Assembly: GCA_963742735.1 (NCBI GenBank)
Contig: CAVUMN010000004.1
Span: forward strand, 1,088,001-1,152,000
Length of the DNA stretch: 64,000 nt
DNA from: an uncultured Actinomycetes bacterium
GTDB lineage: Bacteria; Actinomycetota; UBA4738; JBBDTT01
Direction: 5' to 3'
The notes under the pieces are model-generated. The model was not told the DNA's origin. It searched no databases and worked only from the letters and a program-made list of their open reading frames with translations. The position numbers and the translations under genes were made by a program. Of the stretch, positions 30,325 to 40,849 are shown piece after piece. Every line of letters begins with the position of its first letter. Positions within the stretch are counted from its first letter, which is position 1.

Positions 30325-31266
30325 ATGCGCGCGTACGTCGTCGAGGAGTTCGGCAAGCCGGGTTCGGTGCAGGAGATCGAGGACCCCAAGCCGGAGTCGG
30401 GTGACCTGCTGGTCCGGGTCCGCGCCGCGGGCGTGAACCCCGTCGACGCGGGCGTGGTGAACGGCTACCTGGCGAGCTACGGCGAGCACCGGTTCCCGCT
30501 CGTTCCCGGGACGGAGCTCTCGGGGGAGGTCGTCGGGGCGCCGGACGGCTCGCCGTTCGCGGCCGGCGACGCCGTCTACGGCGCGCCCGACCGCGACTAC
30601 TGGGGCGAGGGCACGTTCGCCGAGCTGGTTCGGATCCCCCCGAATCAAGTCGCCGCGAAACCCGAGGCGCTCGACCACGCCGGCGCCGCGAACGTCACCG
30701 TCGCCGGCCTCACCGCGCTGGAGGGCGTCGAGGCCACCGGGCTGGGCGAGGGACAGACGCTGCTGATCGTCGGGGCGACCGGCGGGGTGGGCAGCTACGT
30801 GGTCCAGCTCGCCGCGCTCAAGGACATCCGGGTCATCGCCGTCGGGCGCGGGGCGAACGAGGACCTGGCCCGCGAGCTCGGCGCCGCGGAGTTCGTCGAC
30901 TACACCGCCGGCGACGTGACCGAGCAGGTCCTGGCGCTGCACCCCGACGGGGTCGACGCGGTCTATGACACGAACAGCGACGCCGATGGGCTGTTGAAGC
31001 TCGCCGGCGCGGTGAAGGAGGGCGGGCCGCTCGTCTCCCCGAAGGGCGCGGCGGGTGACGGGGCGGCCATCGAGGCCGCCGGCCGGCGCGGGATCAACGC
31101 GAACCGGGCCGGGATCGACCGGCTCCCCGAGCTGAACCAGCTCTTCGACGCCGGGAAGCTCCGCGTCCCGCCGGCGAAGGAGTACTCGCTGGAGCAGGCG
31201 AACGAGGCCCTCGCCGAGGTCGCTGGCGGCCACGTCCGAGGCAAGCTGGCGATCGTGTTCGGCTAG
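30325..31266 (+). CDS. NADP-dependent oxidoreductase (MDR, quinone-reductase-like)
   Basis: AAGVNPVD, GATGGVGSYVVQLA, GHVRGKL. Confidence 0.92.
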   Translation: MRAYVVEEFGKPGSVQEIEDPKPESGDLLVRVRAAGVNPVDAGVVNGYLASYGEHRFPLVPGTELSGEVVGAPDGSPFAAGDAVYGAPDRDYWGEGTFAELVRIPPNQVAAKPEALDHAGAANVTVAGLTALEGVEATGLGEGQTLLIVGATGGVGSYVVQLAALKDIRVIAVGRGANEDLARELGAAEFVDYTAGDVTEQVLALHPDGVDAVYDTNSDADGLLKLAGAVKEGGPLVSPKGAAGDGAAIEAAGRRGINANRAGIDRLPELNQLFDAGKLRVPPAKEYSLEQANEALAEVAGGHVRGKLAIVFG

Positions 31267-32558
31267 CCGAGCACGCGGTCGGTGTAGGCGTTGCGGAAGC
31301 GACCCTCGGGGTCGAGCTTGTGGCGGACGGCCTGGAAGCGGTCCCACTCGGGGTAGGCGGGCGCCAGGTCCTCCGCGGTGCGGAAGTGGAGCTTGCCCCA
31401 GTGGGGGCGGCCGCCGAGCTCCTGCATCCGGGCCTCGACCGGGCGGTAGAAGTCGTCGTACGGGACGCCCTGGAACAGGTGGCAGGCGACGTAGGCGGTG
31501 TCGCGCCCGTACGCGGTGGACAGGAACGCGTCGTCGCCCTTCGAGAACCGGAGCTCGACGGGGAACCCGACGCGGAGCTCGCGGCGGTCGATCTCCTCGC
31601 GCACCGCGTTGAACGCGTCGACGACATGCTCCCGGGGAACCGCGTACTCCATCTCGGAGAACCGGACCAGCCGGGGGCTGGTGAACACCAGGTCGCTGCG
31701 GTCGATGCGCTCGCTCGAGCCCCACCCGGCGGCGATCAGCCTCGACAGTCGCGGGACCAGCTTCGGCCGGGCCCGGCCCAGGCGGCACAGGACCCCGAGC
31801 ACGTGGTTCTCGAGCAGGATGTCGTTCACGTACCGCCCGACGCGGCTCCGGGGCTTCGCGGGCTCGTCGGTCCGGTTGTTGCGAAGCGTCTGCACCCGGT
31901 CGGTGTGCGGGAACCAGTAGAGCTCGAAGTGGTCGTTGGCCTCGACGAGCTCGTCCAGCCGCTCCAGGCACTCTCCGACCCGCATCGGCTGCTCGACCGC
32001 CCGCAGGTTGAACGCCGGCACGGTCTGCAGTGTCACCGTCGACAGGATCCCCAGCGCGCCGACCGAGATGCGCGCGGCGAGCAGCGTCTCCGCGTCGCAG
32101 TCCACGACCGATCCGTCACCGGCGACCAGCCGGATGCCGCGGACCTGCGTGGCCAGGTTGCCGTGCGCCCGCCCCGTCCCGTGGGTCGAGGTCGAGATCG
32201 CCCCGGCGACCGACTGGTACGCGATGTCGCCCAGGTTCTCCATCGCCAGCCCGCACGCCGCGAGCTCGTCGTTGAGCTTCGACAGCGAGATCCCGGCCTC
32301 CACGGTGACCAGGCCGGTCTGCGGGTCCGCCTCCAGGACGGCGTCGTGTCCGTCGAGCCGCAGCATCACGCCGTCGGTGCATGCCGCGTCGGTGAACGAG
32401 TGGCCCGCGCCGACGGCCTTCACGGTCAGCCCGTCGTTCGTGGCCTGCGTCACCGCCCGGACGATCTCCTCCTCGGACGAGACGGTGAGCCTGCGGGCCG
32501 GAGCGCACGAGGCGGTCGCGCCCCAGTTGGTCCAGGTCGCCTCGGCGGTCCTCACCAT
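31263..32558 (-). CDS. FAD-linked D-arabinono-1,4-lactone oxidase family protein
   Basis: WTNWG, GAGHSF, STHGTG, EMEY, FPVELR, GGRPHWGKLH. Confidence 0.92.
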   Translation of the reverse strand: MVRTAEATWTNWGATASCAPARRLTVSSEEEIVRAVTQATNDGLTVKAVGAGHSFTDAACTDGVMLRLDGHDAVLEADPQTGLVTVEAGISLSKLNDELAACGLAMENLGDIAYQSVAGAISTSTHGTGRAHGNLATQVRGIRLVAGDGSVVDCDAETLLAARISVGALGILSTVTLQTVPAFNLRAVEQPMRVGECLERLDELVEANDHFELYWFPHTDRVQTLRNNRTDEPAKPRSRVGRYVNDILLENHVLGVLCRLGRARPKLVPRLSRLIAAGWGSSERIDRSDLVFTSPRLVRFSEMEYAVPREHVVDAFNAVREEIDRRELRVGFPVELRFSKGDDAFLSTAYGRDTAYVACHLFQGVPYDDFYRPVEARMQELGGRPHWGKLHFRTAEDLAPAYPEWDRFQAVRHKLDPEGRFRNAYTDRVLG

Positions 32559-33544
32559 CCCCGGAGATCGACCTCCCAGGTGTCCACCACCTCGTCGCCC
32601 GCGACCACGCGCATCCGCTCGTGGTACGCGACGGTCGGGTCGACGTGCGCCGGGATCACCCGCAGCCGGTCGCCGACCTTCACCGGCGAGGACGGGACGA
32701 ACGTGAGGTGCTCATCGGCGACGAACACCACGGCATGGTCGTCCTCGAGCGCCGGCGGTCCGTGGTCCATGCCGAGCGACTTCAACCCGGTGTCCAGCAC
32801 CGCCCACCCGCTCGAGACCGAGATCACCGTGGCCAGGACGTACACGGCCTGGCGGAACGGGAGGTCGAGCTTCGCGTACTCGGTGTCCATCAGGATGTAG
32901 GAGCCGGCCTGGATCTCGGTGGCCCAGGTGTTGATGTCGTAGGTCCCGGTTCCGCCGGCGGAGACGACGTCGCCCCCGACGTCCTCGTGCGCGCGCAGCA
33001 GCGTCTGCATCGACTCCTCGACCGCGCTCACGCGAACCTGCCGGTCGGGCTGCAGGACGACGTGGCCCTCGTAGCCCATGACGCCGCGGACGCTGAGGCC
33101 CTTCGAGCGCGCGAACTCCGCGAGCCGGCCGGCCTCGTGGGGCTCCACCCCGCATCGAGGGATGAGCGCCACGTCGATGAGGACCTCCTTGACGCCCCCG
33201 GCCGCGGCCGCCTCGACGGTGGCCTCGGAGTCCACGCACACGGTCACCCGGGCGTCCTCGATGGCCCCCAGCCGCCGAGCCGCGGCGCCGACCACCTCGT
33301 TGGCGAGCAGGAGGTCGTCGCCCAGGCCGGCCGCGGCGAGCCCCTCGATCTCGCGGACGGTCGCCGCGGTGAAGCCGGTGTGTCCGGCCATCGCCTGCCG
33401 GGCGGCCAGGGCCGTCGACTTGTGCGCCTTGACGTGGGGGCGGAGCTTCGAACCGGGCAGCGCGGCGGACATCGTGGACAGGTTGCGCTCGAACGCATCC
33501 GCCTCGACCAGCAAGGCCGGCGTGGTCAGGTCGCGCAGGTCCAC
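32552..33544 (-). CDS. DSD1/alanine-racemase-fold PLP enzyme (D-threonine aldolase-like)
   Basis: TPALL, LRPHVKAHK, MGYEGH, GGTGT, QAGSY, DEH, HVDPT. Confidence 0.88.
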   Translation of the reverse strand: MDLRDLTTPALLVEADAFERNLSTMSAALPGSKLRPHVKAHKSTALAARQAMAGHTGFTAATVREIEGLAAAGLGDDLLLANEVVGAAARRLGAIEDARVTVCVDSEATVEAAAAGGVKEVLIDVALIPRCGVEPHEAGRLAEFARSKGLSVRGVMGYEGHVVLQPDRQVRVSAVEESMQTLLRAHEDVGGDVVSAGGTGTYDINTWATEIQAGSYILMDTEYAKLDLPFRQAVYVLATVISVSSGWAVLDTGLKSLGMDHGPPALEDDHAVVFVADEHLTFVPSSPVKVGDRLRVIPAHVDPTVAYHERMRVVAGDEVVDTWEVDLRGW

Positions 33545-33586
33545 GGCGGGGACGCTACCCGGATCGCGACCTCGGTGTGGAACGGG

Positions 33587-34213
33587 TCAGGGGATGCAAG
33601 CGATGCCGTTCGAGGGCGCCCAGCCGGACCGGGTCCCGTCGGCCGCGCGGACCCGAACCCGGATCCCGAAGAAGCCGGTGTTGCAGCGGTACACGAACCG
33701 CCCGGTGACGGCCTCCGTGCCCCCTGACCACCAGACCCACCGGCGGTTCTGCCAGTTGCGCGGGCTCAGGTTCTGCTGCCGCTGCACCTCGAATACCGCG
33801 CCCTCCGGCAGCGCCCCAGGGAGTCCCCACTGCAGGCGGTAGCGGATGCCCGAAGACGGCAGGAAGACCGGGTAGACGGTCAGGGTGCCCTCCTGCGCGA
33901 ACAGCCCGAGGAGGGGGAAGCTCGAGGTGTAGGTGAACGTTCCGGCCGCCGTGGGGTGCCATTCGAAGGAGCCGCCGGGCAGCATGATCCCGGAATCGAA
34001 GACGCCGAGCTCGTCGCTCACCTGGCGGGGCAGCGTCGCGTCGTTGTGCCACGTGACCGGGAGGTTCAGGTAGACGCTCTCGACCGGGTCCACCAGGCCG
34101 GCGTCGGTGATGTAGATGTCCTCGGGGTCGTGGCCGTACGCGGCGGCGGGCTGGATGGAGGCGACGAGCAGCAGCGCGAGGAGCGCGATGAGGACGCGGA
34201 CCCGTCGTCCCAT
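33587..34213 (-). CDS. Secreted hypothetical protein with cupredoxin-like and Fn3-like parts
   Basis: Signal peptide; VTWHN...FDSG...AGTFTY; canonical copper ligands not evident. Confidence 0.55.
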   Translation of the reverse strand: MGRRVRVLIALLALLLVASIQPAAAYGHDPEDIYITDAGLVDPVESVYLNLPVTWHNDATLPRQVSDELGVFDSGIMLPGGSFEWHPTAAGTFTYTSSFPLLGLFAQEGTLTVYPVFLPSSGIRYRLQWGLPGALPEGAVFEVQRQQNLSPRNWQNRRWVWWSGGTEAVTGRFVYRCNTGFFGIRVRVRAADGTRSGWAPSNGIACIP

Positions 34214-34293
34214 GCCTCCCACAGCGTACGCCGGGCCGCGAGAGTACGGCCACGGCCGGTGGGTACACCTCCGGTGCGAAAGGAGGCAACCTC

Positions 34294-34446
34294 ATGACCA
34301 CCCTCTTCCAGGCATTCATCCAGCGGCTCGTCGAGCTTCGCGACCGCGAGGACGGCATTTCCCCGGGCTCCCTCATCCTCGGGATCATCATCGGCATCGC
34401 GCTCGTCGTGTTCGGCGTCATCAAGTTCCTGATCCCCGGCGAGTAG
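34294..34446 (+). CDS. Small membrane protein, pilin-like (50 aa)
   Basis: AAGGAGG RBS. MTTLFQAFIQRLVELRDREDG then ISPGSLILGIIIGIALVVFGVIKFLIPGE. Confidence 0.65.
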   Translation: MTTLFQAFIQRLVELRDREDGISPGSLILGIIIGIALVVFGVIKFLIPGE

Positions 34447-34484
34447 GGTCGGGGATGGCGCCCGAACGCCGACAGGGGAGACCG

Positions 34485-35075
34485 ATGCGCAAGGTGATTG
34501 TCAACGCGTTCGCCACCGCCGACGGCGTCATGCAGGCGCCCGGCGGTTCGGACGAGGACAGGGAGGGGGGCTTCAAGCACGGCGGGTGGCAGGGCCCCTA
34601 CTTCGACGACGCGCAGGGAGCGGCAGTCGACGAGGCCTACAGGTCCTCCGGCGGCATGCTCCTCGGCCGCACCACCTACGAGATCTTCGCGTCCTACTGG
34701 CCGAACCCGCCGGACCCGGAGGGCAAGGAGTTCGCCCACGTGATGAACGACGCCCAGAAGTACGTCGTCTCCACGAACCTGAAGGAGCCGCTGGAGTGGC
34801 AGAACTCGACCCTGATCTCAGGTGACCTCAAAGAGGAGATCACCAAGCTCAAGGAGATGGGCGGCGGAGACCTCCAGGTCGTCGGGAGCAGCAAGCTCGG
34901 CCACTCCCTCGCCGAGCTCGGCCTGGTCGACGAGTACCTGCTGTTCATCCACCCGGTGGTCATCGGCGAGGGCAAGCGCGTGTTCGCCGACCCCGGCCCG
35001 CGCATGGGCCTGAGGCTCCTCGACCAGAAGGCGACCCCGAAGGGCGTGCTGATCCTCAGATACGCCGTGGAGTAG
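34485..35075 (+). CDS. Dihydrofolate reductase family (RibD C-terminal) protein
   Basis: MRKVIV...[31 protein letters not shown]. Confidence 0.9.
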   Translation: MRKVIVNAFATADGVMQAPGGSDEDREGGFKHGGWQGPYFDDAQGAAVDEAYRSSGGMLLGRTTYEIFASYWPNPPDPEGKEFAHVMNDAQKYVVSTNLKEPLEWQNSTLISGDLKEEITKLKEMGGGDLQVVGSSKLGHSLAELGLVDEYLLFIHPVVIGEGKRVFADPGPRMGLRLLDQKATPKGVLILRYAVE

Positions 35076-35107
35076 TCCCGGCTCCGCGCCTCCTACACTC
35101 GGGTGTG

Positions 35108-36928
35108 ATGGCAACTCGGGACGACATCCGCAACGTGGCGATCGTGGCCCACGTCGACCACGGCAAGACGACGCTGGTCGACGCGATGCTGTGGCAGACC
35201 GGCGCGTTCCGCGAGAACGAGGACAAGGGGACGCAGATCCTCGACTCGATGGACCTCGAGCGCGAGAAGGGCATCACCATCCTCGCCAAGAACACCGAGG
35301 TCTCCTACGGCGGCGTGCGGATCAACATCGTGGACACGCCGGGCCACGCGGACTTCGGGGGAGAGGTCGAGCGCGGGCTGACGATGGTCGACGGCGTCCT
35401 GCTGCTCGTCGACGCCAGCGAGGGCCCCCTGCCCCAGACGCGGTTCGTCCTGCGCAAGGCGCTGGAGTCGAAGCTGCCGGTGATCCTGGTCATCAACAAG
35501 GTCGACCGGCCCGACGCGCGCATCAAGGAGGTCGTCGACGAGGTCTACGCGCTGTTCCTGGACCTCGACGCCGACGACTCGCAGATCGAGTTCCCCATCC
35601 TGTACGCGAACGCGCGCGCGGGGTGGGCGTCGACCGCAACGGACATCGAGAGCTCGGACCTGAAGCCGCTGTTCGAGTCGCTCATCGAACATATCCCGCC
35701 GCCGTCCTACGACCCCGACCACCCGCTGCAGGCGCTGGTCACGAACCTGGACGCGTCGCCCTACGTCGGGAGGCTCGCGCTGTGCCGGGTGATGCACGGA
35801 ACGATCAAGCGAGGCCAGCAGGTCGCCTGGTGCCGCGCCGACGGCACGATCGAGCAGGCGAAGATCACCGAGCTCTACGTGACGGAAGCGCTGGACCGTG
35901 TGGACGCCGACGAGGTGGGGCCCGGCGAGATCATGGCCGTCGCCGGCCTTGCGGAGGTCACCATCGGCGAGACGCTCGCCGACCCCGCCGACCCGCGGCC
36001 GCTCCCGGTCAGCCACTTCGACGACCCCAGCCTGTCGATGACCCTCGGCGTGAACACCGCGCCGCTGGCCGGCCAGGAGGGTTCCAAGGTCACGGCCCGG
36101 CTGGTCAAGGCGCGCCTGGACCAGGAGATCGTCGGCAACGTCTCGATCAAGGTCCTGACCACCGAGCGCCCCGACACCTGGGAGGTCCAGGGCCGGGGCG
36201 AGCTCCAGCTGGCGGTCCTCGTCGAGATGATGCGCCGCGAGGGCTTCGAGCTCACGGTGGGCAAGCCCCAGGTCGTCACGCGCGAGGTGAACGGCAAGAT
36301 CCACGAGCCGGTCGAGAGGATGACCATCGACGTCCCAGAGGACTACATGGGCGTCGTCACCCAGCTGCTCGCCCTGCGCAAGGGCCGCCTGGAGCAGATG
36401 GTCAACCACGGCACCGGCTGGGTGCGCATCGAGTACCTGGTCCCCGCGCGCGGCCTGATCGGCTTCCGCACGGAGTTCATGACGGAGACCAGAGGCACCG
36501 GCCTGCTCCACCACGTCTTCGACCGGTACGAGCCCTGGCACGGCGAGCTCCGCACGCGAGGGACCGGCTCGCTCGTCGCCGACCGGCGAGGCATGACCAC
36601 CGGCTTCGCCCTGGCCAACCTGCAGGAACGAGGCTCGATGTTCGTGGCCCCCGGCGTCGAGGTCTACGAGGGCATGATCGTGGGGGAGAACAGCCGGTCC
36701 GAGGACATGAACGTCAACCCCGCCAAGGAGAAGAAGCTCACGAACATGCGAAGCTCGACGAGCGACGAGCTGGTGCGCCTGATCCCGGCGAGGGAGCTCA
36801 GCCTCGAGCAAGCCCTGGAATTCCTGAGGGAAGACGAAGCCGTCGAGGTCACCCCGAAGTCCATCCGGCTGCGGAAGGTGATCCTCGACCAGAGCGCCCG
36901 CGCCAAGGCCTCCCGAGCCCCGGGCTAG
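35108..36928 (+). CDS. typA: Translational GTPase TypA/BipA
   Basis: [52 protein letters not shown]. Confidence 0.97.
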   Translation: MATRDDIRNVAIVAHVDHGKTTLVDAMLWQTGAFRENEDKGTQILDSMDLEREKGITILAKNTEVSYGGVRINIVDTPGHADFGGEVERGLTMVDGVLLLVDASEGPLPQTRFVLRKALESKLPVILVINKVDRPDARIKEVVDEVYALFLDLDADDSQIEFPILYANARAGWASTATDIESSDLKPLFESLIEHIPPPSYDPDHPLQALVTNLDASPYVGRLALCRVMHGTIKRGQQVAWCRADGTIEQAKITELYVTEALDRVDADEVGPGEIMAVAGLAEVTIGETLADPADPRPLPVSHFDDPSLSMTLGVNTAPLAGQEGSKVTARLVKARLDQEIVGNVSIKVLTTERPDTWEVQGRGELQLAVLVEMMRREGFELTVGKPQVVTREVNGKIHEPVERMTIDVPEDYMGVVTQLLALRKGRLEQMVNHGTGWVRIEYLVPARGLIGFRTEFMTETRGTGLLHHVFDRYEPWHGELRTRGTGSLVADRRGMTTGFALANLQERGSMFVAPGVEVYEGMIVGENSRSEDMNVNPAKEKKLTNMRSSTSDELVRLIPARELSLEQALEFLREDEAVEVTPKSIRLRKVILDQSARAKASRAPG

Positions 36929-36962
36929 GCACTCCCTCCGAGGAGCCGTATATCGTCGGGCC

Positions 36963-39305
36963 GTGGCCCGGCTGCGGCGTTCGGTCCTGATCGCAATCAC
37001 GGTGGCGATGCTCGCCGCCGCGTGCACGTCCTCACCTCCCGACGGGCCGGTGCCGGCCGCCGGAGGAACGCTCCGCGTCGGGATGCTCACCAATCAAGAG
37101 CTCGGGTCGTGGTGCCCGTTCGTGATGTGCGGCCGGCCCTTCGACATCCAGTCGACCTCGTTCGTCGACGTGTTCAACCTGGAGCGGTGCTGCCTCATGC
37201 GGACGCTGCTGACGTACAACGGCGGGTCGGCGGGGGAGGGCGGCACCGTCCTCCGACCCGACATGGCCAAGGCGCTCCCCGAGATCTCCCCGGACGGGCT
37301 CACGTGGACCTTCCACCTCCGCGCCGGCGTCCACTACGCCCCGCCCATGCAGGACACCGAGATCGTCGCGGCCGACTTCATCCGCTCGTTCGAGCGCTCG
37401 ATGACGCCGGCCGGGCCGGCGGTCCCTTGGGCCGACGGCGGGACCATCGGTGCGTATTACAGCGATTCGTACGTGAGCAGCGTCGTCGAGGGGGCCGCCG
37501 AGTTCACCGCGGGCGAGGCCGAGCACGTCTCGGGCCTGGAGGCCCCCGACCCGCACACCCTCGTCTTCCGCCTGACCCAGCCGACCGGCGACCTCGGGCA
37601 CCGGGTGTCGCAAGCGGTGTTCGGCCCCATCCCGGCGAACCCGGCCCGGCCGGACGACCCGCTGGGCGTCGCCCAGGGCCACGACTTCGACTATGGCGAC
37701 GTCCTCGTGGCCAGCGGCCCGTACCGGTTCGCCGGAAGCGAGCTGCTCGCCCACGACGCGCCGCCCGAGGACCAGCTCCCACCGTCGGGGAACGGGTTCA
37801 CGCGGGCCGTCCTGGTCCGCAACCCGTCCTGGTCGCACCAGAACGACCCCGTGCGCGCGGCCGTCCCGGACCGGATCGAGTTCTACCCGGTGACGTCGGT
37901 CGAGGACGCGGAGGAGCACGTCCGGTCCGGTGCGCTCGACCTGGTGATGAACTTGGAGACCGACGCGCTCACGGCGAAGCGATGGCTCGACGACCAGGAG
38001 ATCCGCTCACGCGTCACGGTGGCGCCGATGGACGGGATGCACTTCCTCCACATGAACCTCGCCGTGCGTCCGTTCGACGACATCCACGTCCGCCGCGCCA
38101 TGAACCTCGCCGTGGACCGCAACGCGGTGGTGGACGTCCTGGAGTCGGACGCGGGACGCGCCGGCCAGCAGGTGCTGACGCACCTCGCCCTCGACTCCTA
38201 CGAGGACAACCTGCTCATCTCCTATGCGCCGCCCGGCGTCGAGCACACGGCGAACCTGGAAGCCGCGCGGGCGGAGATGGCGCAGTCGGCCTACGACACC
38301 GACCACGACGGGCGATGCGACATCCCGGCCTGCTCGGACATCCAGCTGATGAGCCGGGACGTGTCGGACAACGTGGCCTCGTCGCACGAGGTGGCCCGGC
38401 AGCTCCGCGCGGTCGGCGTGGACTTTCGGGTGCGGGTCGTGGACGACGAGGTCATCTTCGACGCCTACTCGAGCCCCGAGAGCGGGTTCCCGTCACGCGT
38501 CGGCGGCTGGTTCAAGGACTTCCCCAGCGCGAGCTCGTTCCTGCCGATCCAGCTGCATTCGCGCAGCATCGCCCGGGGGAACATCTCGATGGTCGGCGCG
38601 CCGCCCGCGCTGCTCCGCCGCTACGGCTTCGACGCGCGGGAGGTCCCCAACGTCGACGACCGCCTGGACGCGTGCTCGGAGCTGGTCTTCGACGCCCAGA
38701 CGCGCTGCTGGGCGCAGCTGGATCAGTACCTGTCCGAGCAGCTGGTCCCCTGGATCCCGCTGACGCAGCTCACGAACGCGTGGCTGGTGTCGGAACGCGT
38801 GCGCAGCTTCACCCTCGCCGCGTCGATCGCGCTCCCGTACCCCGCCATCGAGCGAATCCGCGTGGTGGGCGAGCCGCCGGCGCCGCCGCCCGCCGCCCCC
38901 GGGCCGGATCCGATCCCCGACATCCCCGACGGCGTCTACCGCTTCACCCTCACCACGGATGACCTCGGCCCGGACGACCCGGAGGGGACCGGCACGTTCA
39001 CGATGCTCCTGCGCGGCGGGCGGTTCTACATGCACCAGCGCGGCGACCATCCGATCTTCAATCCCGTCATGACCGGCCGGTACGAGGGCTCCGGCGACCA
39101 GGTGACGTTCACCGCCGACGCGCCCTCGGAAAACGCGGACACGTTCTCGCTGCTGACGTGGACGCTCGACGGTGACGACCTGGTGTTCGAGCTGCCGAGA
39201 TGCACGGGGCCGGCCGCCGGCGACGAGGGCTTCTGCAGCTTCCAGCGCGCGTTCTTCACCGCGCACCCGTGGGAGCGAATCGGGGAGGCGTTCGGGCCGG
39301 TCTAG
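36963..39305 (+). CDS. Family 5 ABC substrate-binding lipoprotein with extra C-terminal domain
   Basis: Lipobox AAAC; SPDGLTWTFHLR; PFDDIHVRRAMNLAVDR; Pro-rich linker plus about 130 aa tail. Confidence 0.85.
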   Translation: MARLRRSVLIAITVAMLAAACTSSPPDGPVPAAGGTLRVGMLTNQELGSWCPFVMCGRPFDIQSTSFVDVFNLERCCLMRTLLTYNGGSAGEGGTVLRPDMAKALPEISPDGLTWTFHLRAGVHYAPPMQDTEIVAADFIRSFERSMTPAGPAVPWADGGTIGAYYSDSYVSSVVEGAAEFTAGEAEHVSGLEAPDPHTLVFRLTQPTGDLGHRVSQAVFGPIPANPARPDDPLGVAQGHDFDYGDVLVASGPYRFAGSELLAHDAPPEDQLPPSGNGFTRAVLVRNPSWSHQNDPVRAAVPDRIEFYPVTSVEDAEEHVRSGALDLVMNLETDALTAKRWLDDQEIRSRVTVAPMDGMHFLHMNLAVRPFDDIHVRRAMNLAVDRNAVVDVLESDAGRAGQQVLTHLALDSYEDNLLISYAPPGVEHTANLEAARAEMAQSAYDTDHDGRCDIPACSDIQLMSRDVSDNVASSHEVARQLRAVGVDFRVRVVDDEVIFDAYSSPESGFPSRVGGWFKDFPSASSFLPIQLHSRSIARGNISMVGAPPALLRRYGFDAREVPNVDDRLDACSELVFDAQTRCWAQLDQYLSEQLVPWIPLTQLTNAWLVSERVRSFTLAASIALPYPAIERIRVVGEPPAPPPAAPGPDPIPDIPDGVYRFTLTTDDLGPDDPEGTGTFTMLLRGGRFYMHQRGDHPIFNPVMTGRYEGSGDQVTFTADAPSENADTFSLLTWTLDGDDLVFELPRCTGPAAGDEGFCSFQRAFFTAHPWERIGEAFGPV

Positions 39306-40846
39306 AGGGTGTGCAGGCTCACCCAGACGGCGTCGGGGGTGAGCGCGATCGCGTCCGGACTGAACCCCAGGCGCGTGCGCCCGGTGACCCGGGCCGACGA
39401 GGGGTCGATCCGCGCCACGGTCCCGTCCAGGCTGTTCGCCACCCACACCGAGCCGCGCCCCGCGGCGATGCCGAGCGGACCGTTGCCGACGTTCGCGATC
39501 GTGGCCGTCCGTCCGGAGGCGGGGTCGATCCGGGTCACGGAGTCGTCGTCGGTGGCGGTCACCCACACCGACCCCTCGCCGGCCGTGATCCGCGCCGGAT
39601 GTCCCTGCCGCATGGGGATCGCGCGTCGCACGGTGAAGTCCGTCGGGTCGATCTCGAAGACGCGCGCGCCCTGGCGGTCGGCCACCCACACGGCATCCTC
39701 GCCCACCGCGACGTCCACGGGGTCGGCCGCGACGGTCTCGCCCGCGGCGGCCTCGGTCAGCTGCAGCCCCGTCACGTCGTTGGTCTGCGGGTCCAGGCGG
39801 TACAGCACGCCGTCGTTCGGCGACGCGATCCACACGTGGTCGAGCCCGAACGCGACGCCCTGGACGCCGGACGCGACGTCGATCGGCACGACGGAGTTCG
39901 CCTCCCGAGGGTCGATCCGAACGACCTGGCCGTTGAGGCCGTTGGTGACCCACACCGAGCCGCCGCCGACGGCAATCCCGGTCGGGTTGGACAGGACGCC
40001 GCCCTTGGCGGGCGCGGCCGTCAGGGAGCTGGCGTCGATCGCCTGCACGGTCTTGTCGTCGAAGTTCGCCACCCACAGCGTGTCCTCGCCGAAGGCGAGC
40101 CCGGTCGGCGTGGTGCCGACGCCGACCCCGCCGGCCACCTCGCCGGTCTCGGGGTCCAGCCGGACGACGGTGTTCGGAGCGGGGGAGAACTCCGGCTCGC
40201 CGGGGCGGAACAGGATGAACGCCGCCACGACGGCCAGGGCCGTGGCGATGGCGCCGGCGATCAGCAGCACCCGCCGGCGCGACCGGGTCTCGTCCGCGTC
40301 GCGGGGCTCGCGCGTCACGTCGTCCTCGGCAGTGGTCTCGGGCACCCGGACGGCGAACAGGTGCATCTGCTGGGTGACGCCCTTCAGCTCGTGAACGCCC
40401 GCGTCGGCGAACTGCAGATCCGAGCCGGCCATCAGGTCGCGCACGGTGTTCGAGACCAGGAGCTGGCCCGGCCCGGCGGTCGACATCACCCGGGCGCCGA
40501 CGTGGACGGCGATGCCGCCGAGCCCGCGGCCCATGGTCTCCACCTCGCCCATGTGGACACCCGCGCGGATGTCGATCCCGGCGAGCTTGAGGCGATCGAT
40601 GAGCTCGATGGCGCAGTCGATCGCCTCCGAGGGCTGGTCGAACGTCGCGAAGAACCCGTCGCCCGCGGTGTCGATCTCCCGGCCGGAATGGCGCTTCAGC
40701 GTCTTGCGGACGATCGAGTGGTGGGTGGTGAGCAGCTGCCGCCACCGGCGGTCGCCGAGCTCCGTGGCCCGCTGGGTGGAACCGACGATGTCGGTGAAGA
40801 GCACCGTCGTGAGGAGGCGCTTCTTCGGCGGCACGTTCCGCGGCAT
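39302..40846 (-). CDS. Class III cyclase + TM + YVTN/Vgb-type beta-propeller
   Basis: VLFTDIVGST, DTAGDGFF, GGIAVHVGARV; TM helix; repeated G-x-VWV-x-N...RIDP blades. Confidence 0.9.
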   Translation of the reverse strand: MPRNVPPKKRLLTTVLFTDIVGSTQRATELGDRRWRQLLTTHHSIVRKTLKRHSGREIDTAGDGFFATFDQPSEAIDCAIELIDRLKLAGIDIRAGVHMGEVETMGRGLGGIAVHVGARVMSTAGPGQLLVSNTVRDLMAGSDLQFADAGVHELKGVTQQMHLFAVRVPETTAEDDVTREPRDADETRSRRRVLLIAGAIATALAVVAAFILFRPGEPEFSPAPNTVVRLDPETGEVAGGVGVGTTPTGLAFGEDTLWVANFDDKTVQAIDASSLTAAPAKGGVLSNPTGIAVGGGSVWVTNGLNGQVVRIDPREANSVVPIDVASGVQGVAFGLDHVWIASPNDGVLYRLDPQTNDVTGLQLTEAAAGETVAADPVDVAVGEDAVWVADRQGARVFEIDPTDFTVRRAIPMRQGHPARITAGEGSVWVTATDDDSVTRIDPASGRTATIANVGNGPLGIAAGRGSVWVANSLDGTVARIDPSSARVTGRTRLGFSPDAIALTPDAVWVSLHTL

Positions 40847-40849
40847 GGC

